Source of the DNA: Nitrosopumilus sp.
GTDB lineage: Archaea > Thermoproteota > Nitrososphaeria > Nitrososphaerales > Nitrosopumilaceae
Direction of reading: 5' to 3'
DNA length: 64,000 nt
Assembly: GCA_965205675.1 (NCBI GenBank)
Contig: OZ242186.1
Location: 1,504,001 to 1,568,000, forward strand
The notes beneath the pieces were generated by a model, which saw nothing but the letters and a program-made list of their open reading frames with translations, ran no database searches and was not told the DNA's origin. Both the position numbers and the translations under genes were made by a program. Numbering within the stretch: position 1 is the first letter of the stretch; the number at the start of each line of letters is the position of its first letter. Positions 61,476 to 64,000 of the stretch are shown here, piece by piece.

Positions 61476-61823
61476 ATGCAATATTTTCAGGCTTTAAAAT
61501 TAGGTCAAAAAAGAGTAGCAGAAGCAAGAGAATATCTAAACACACTGACAAATGGAAAAGCCATGCCCGCATTAGCTCTGGCAGATACTAAATCTGATGT
61601 CTGGGCTCCAGTAGGTGAAGAAAATCTATATGCCTTTGTTGATGAATCTGCAGGCTTTGTCCTAACTGATAGCAGTGGATACATACTTGCGCTAGTAGAT
61701 AAGACAGGATCATCAAAAACCATAGTTCAAGGAGTTACCGAACAACAAAAAGAGATCTTGGAAAAATCATTTGAAGCAGACAAAATTCCAAAATTTGAAG
61801 GCAAAGTAATCTTACCTGTTTAG
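61476..61823 (+). CDS. Hypothetical protein
   Basis: Clean 115-aa ORF. Confidence 0.75.
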   Translation: MQYFQALKLGQKRVAEAREYLNTLTNGKAMPALALADTKSDVWAPVGEENLYAFVDESAGFVLTDSSGYILALVDKTGSSKTIVQGVTEQQKEILEKSFEADKIPKFEGKVILPV

Positions 61824-61873
61824 GCTTCATAAAAAACGTAAACTTTAGTTATGATATCATTTACATCTATTAA

Positions 61874-63097
61874 ATGAGCAAATTTTCTCAGGAAATCGAA
61901 GTTCAAGGTCATTTGATTGATTCTTCAATTTTGACTAAAATTTTTGATAAAATAATGGATTTGCGTGGAGAATTTCAAGTGCAAGAGATACAGATTGGTA
62001 AAAAGAAAAGAGATCAATCATTTGCAAGATTGCAACTAACAGGTAAAAACCAAAAACATCTGGATGAGATTTTAGAAACTGTATATCGTTTAGGAGCAGT
62101 ATCCAAAACTCAACAGCAGATAACATTAAAAAAATCTCCAAAAAACTATGTAATGCCAGATAATTTTTACAGCACAACTAATAATCAGACTCAAGTTTTT
62201 CACAATGACGAGTGGATTCAAGTAAAAAACATGATGATGGATAAATGTATAGTTGTTAAGGGCGACAGAGCATTTTGTGTTCCAGTAAGAGATGTGAAAA
62301 AAAATGATCAGATAATTGTTGGTGAAAAAGGTATCAAAATTACACCACCAGAGCGTCCAAGAGAAGGAGTTAATGTCTTTGAATTTATGAATAGTTCTAG
62401 CTCTAGTGAAAGACCAACTCAACATATTGCAAAGCAAGTGGCAGATGACATTTACAATACAAAAAAGAAAGGAGGGAAGATTGTGATTGTGGGAGGTCCT
62501 GCAATTGTCCATACAGGAGCTGATGATTCCGTCTCAGAATTAATAAAATCAGGATACATTGATGGGATTTTAGCAGGAAATGCACTAGCAGTACACGATA
62601 TAGAGTATGCAACACTGGGAACATCATTAGGAATGAATGTACAGAATGCAACATTGGCATATCATGGACATCGAAACCATATGGATACAGTCAATGCAGT
62701 ATTCAAGGCAGGTTCTATTGCAAATATGGTAAAAAATAAAAAATTAACTAAAGGGATTATGTATGAATGTGTTAAAAATAAAATACCTTTTGTTTTAGCT
62801 GGATCTATCAGAGACGATGGCCCATTACCGGATGTAATAACAGATGTAGTTCAAGCACAACGAGAATATAAAAAAATTCTAAAAGATGTAAGTATGGTAA
62901 TTATGATTTCAACTATGCTACATTCAATAGCAACAGGAAATATGCTTCCAGCAAATGTCAAAGTAATCGTGGTGGATATTAATCAACCTACAGTTACCAA
63001 GCTTATGGATAGAGGTACTTGGCAAGCTTTAGGGATTGTATCTGATGTAGGGGCATTTTTGCCAATGGTTGTACAACAAATTAGGAAAAAAAAATAA
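61874..63097 (+). CDS. TIGR00300-family protein (ornithine cyclodeaminase / LOR-SDH-like)
   Basis: GHLIDS, PDNFYSTTN, LAGNALAVHDIE, LAGSIRDDGPLP. Confidence 0.88.
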   Translation: MSKFSQEIEVQGHLIDSSILTKIFDKIMDLRGEFQVQEIQIGKKKRDQSFARLQLTGKNQKHLDEILETVYRLGAVSKTQQQITLKKSPKNYVMPDNFYSTTNNQTQVFHNDEWIQVKNMMMDKCIVVKGDRAFCVPVRDVKKNDQIIVGEKGIKITPPERPREGVNVFEFMNSSSSSERPTQHIAKQVADDIYNTKKKGGKIVIVGGPAIVHTGADDSVSELIKSGYIDGILAGNALAVHDIEYATLGTSLGMNVQNATLAYHGHRNHMDTVNAVFKAGSIANMVKNKKLTKGIMYECVKNKIPFVLAGSIRDDGPLPDVITDVVQAQREYKKILKDVSMVIMISTMLHSIATGNMLPANVKVIVVDINQPTVTKLMDRGTWQALGIVSDVGAFLPMVVQQIRKKK

Positions 63098-63426
63098 TCA
63101 TATCCCCTTCAAGTTTTTTCTATTTAAATTTCTGTTTAGTGGACTTGGAAATCATCACATAAACTAAACCAATCAAAGTGTGTACTTGTCGTATCAAGAT
63201 TCTTGAAAGAAATAGTGCTATTTTAGACTAGTTTCCTGTTTAATTGTGGTATTATTTTATAATAAATCTTTATTTTTGCTCTGATTGTTTGTATTGCATC
63301 ATCAATTTTGAATATGTTGATAAATTTAGAAAATCAAGTATGATTAGTATAAAGTGAAATAATTCAGAAGAACCATTAAAAACAATATCTGCATAAATAA
63401 CTAAATTAATTTAGAATAATTTGTTG

Positions 63427-64000
63427 TTACATTGCAGAGTCAAGCTTTTGAAGTTTGCCAGTTGTTTTTTTCTTTATTGTTTTTTTCTTTATTGTTTTTG
63501 ATTTTTTAACAGATTTTTTTTCAATTGATGTGAATTTGAGTTCTGGTTGAAGTCCCCACTCCATTTCTTCAAGTTGTTTTTGTAGTTTTATTGTTTCAAC
63601 ACATGCAGTTGTTATTTTTGTAATAAAATAATTAATTCTTCTTTATGATCTGTAAAATTATATGTACTGAATTTTTTACATATTTCTTCAGAATTTGATC
63701 CTTTATCTTCAAACATGTGATTTTTGGATTCCTTATAGTTTAATATCCACCATAAAGGACTTTTTGATACTAGAGTATATTCTAATGTTTCTATTGGTAT
63801 TTTTTCAAGTGTTGTTTTATTATCTATTTTAATTTTTATTGTAGTGTTATTTTGTTTTGTTATTATTAGGCTCAAAGAATTTTTATTTTTTGATATTTTT
63901 GTGTCTGTTCTTTTCAAATTATATTCGGGAACATCATTGAAATTATAATGCATATTGAATAATTGTTTACCAATATCTGAATATTTTTGAAATTTATGTT
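63427..64000 (-). pseudogene. C-terminal part of a Type ISP restriction-modification enzyme, frameshifted; runs off the window
   Basis: IGKQLFNMHYNF, IPIETLEYTLVSKSPLWWIL, KFSTYNFTDHKEELIILLQK, then in another frame ITTACVETIKLQ. Confidence 0.7.

Overview
AT-rich archaeal DNA that gene content places in Nitrososphaerota, most likely Nitrosopumilaceae (cdvA, rpoK, S25e, Alba, psmB, purP, double-length ThyX, CbtAB, cupredoxin, PhnCDE, tRNA-Phe). Conserved housekeeping blocks are broken up by insertion sequences and their remnants (IS630, IS5/ISL2 group, ISH3, IS481, IS66 and a 140-bp MITE), about 12-13 kb or roughly 20% of the window by my hand tally. Decayed restriction-modification genes and secreted proteins with near-perfect internal repeats are also present. 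This pattern suggests a host-associated lineage (inference). The most striking observation is an exact 36-bp repeat / 35-bp spacer / 36-bp repeat unit inside the 3' end of a MenA-like gene, which has the geometry of an off-target Cas1-Cas2 spacer integration; no cas genes are in the window. Other highlights are a C/D-box guide RNA with a plausible contiguous 23S target, an adjacent four-way-junction RNA candidate, an unannotated metallothionein-like microprotein, repeated IS630-in-ISL2 nesting, a strand-skew switch near 11-13 kb, and a tRNA-Phe with non-canonical pairs next to an IS cluster. All calls come from reading the sequence by eye; no searches were run.
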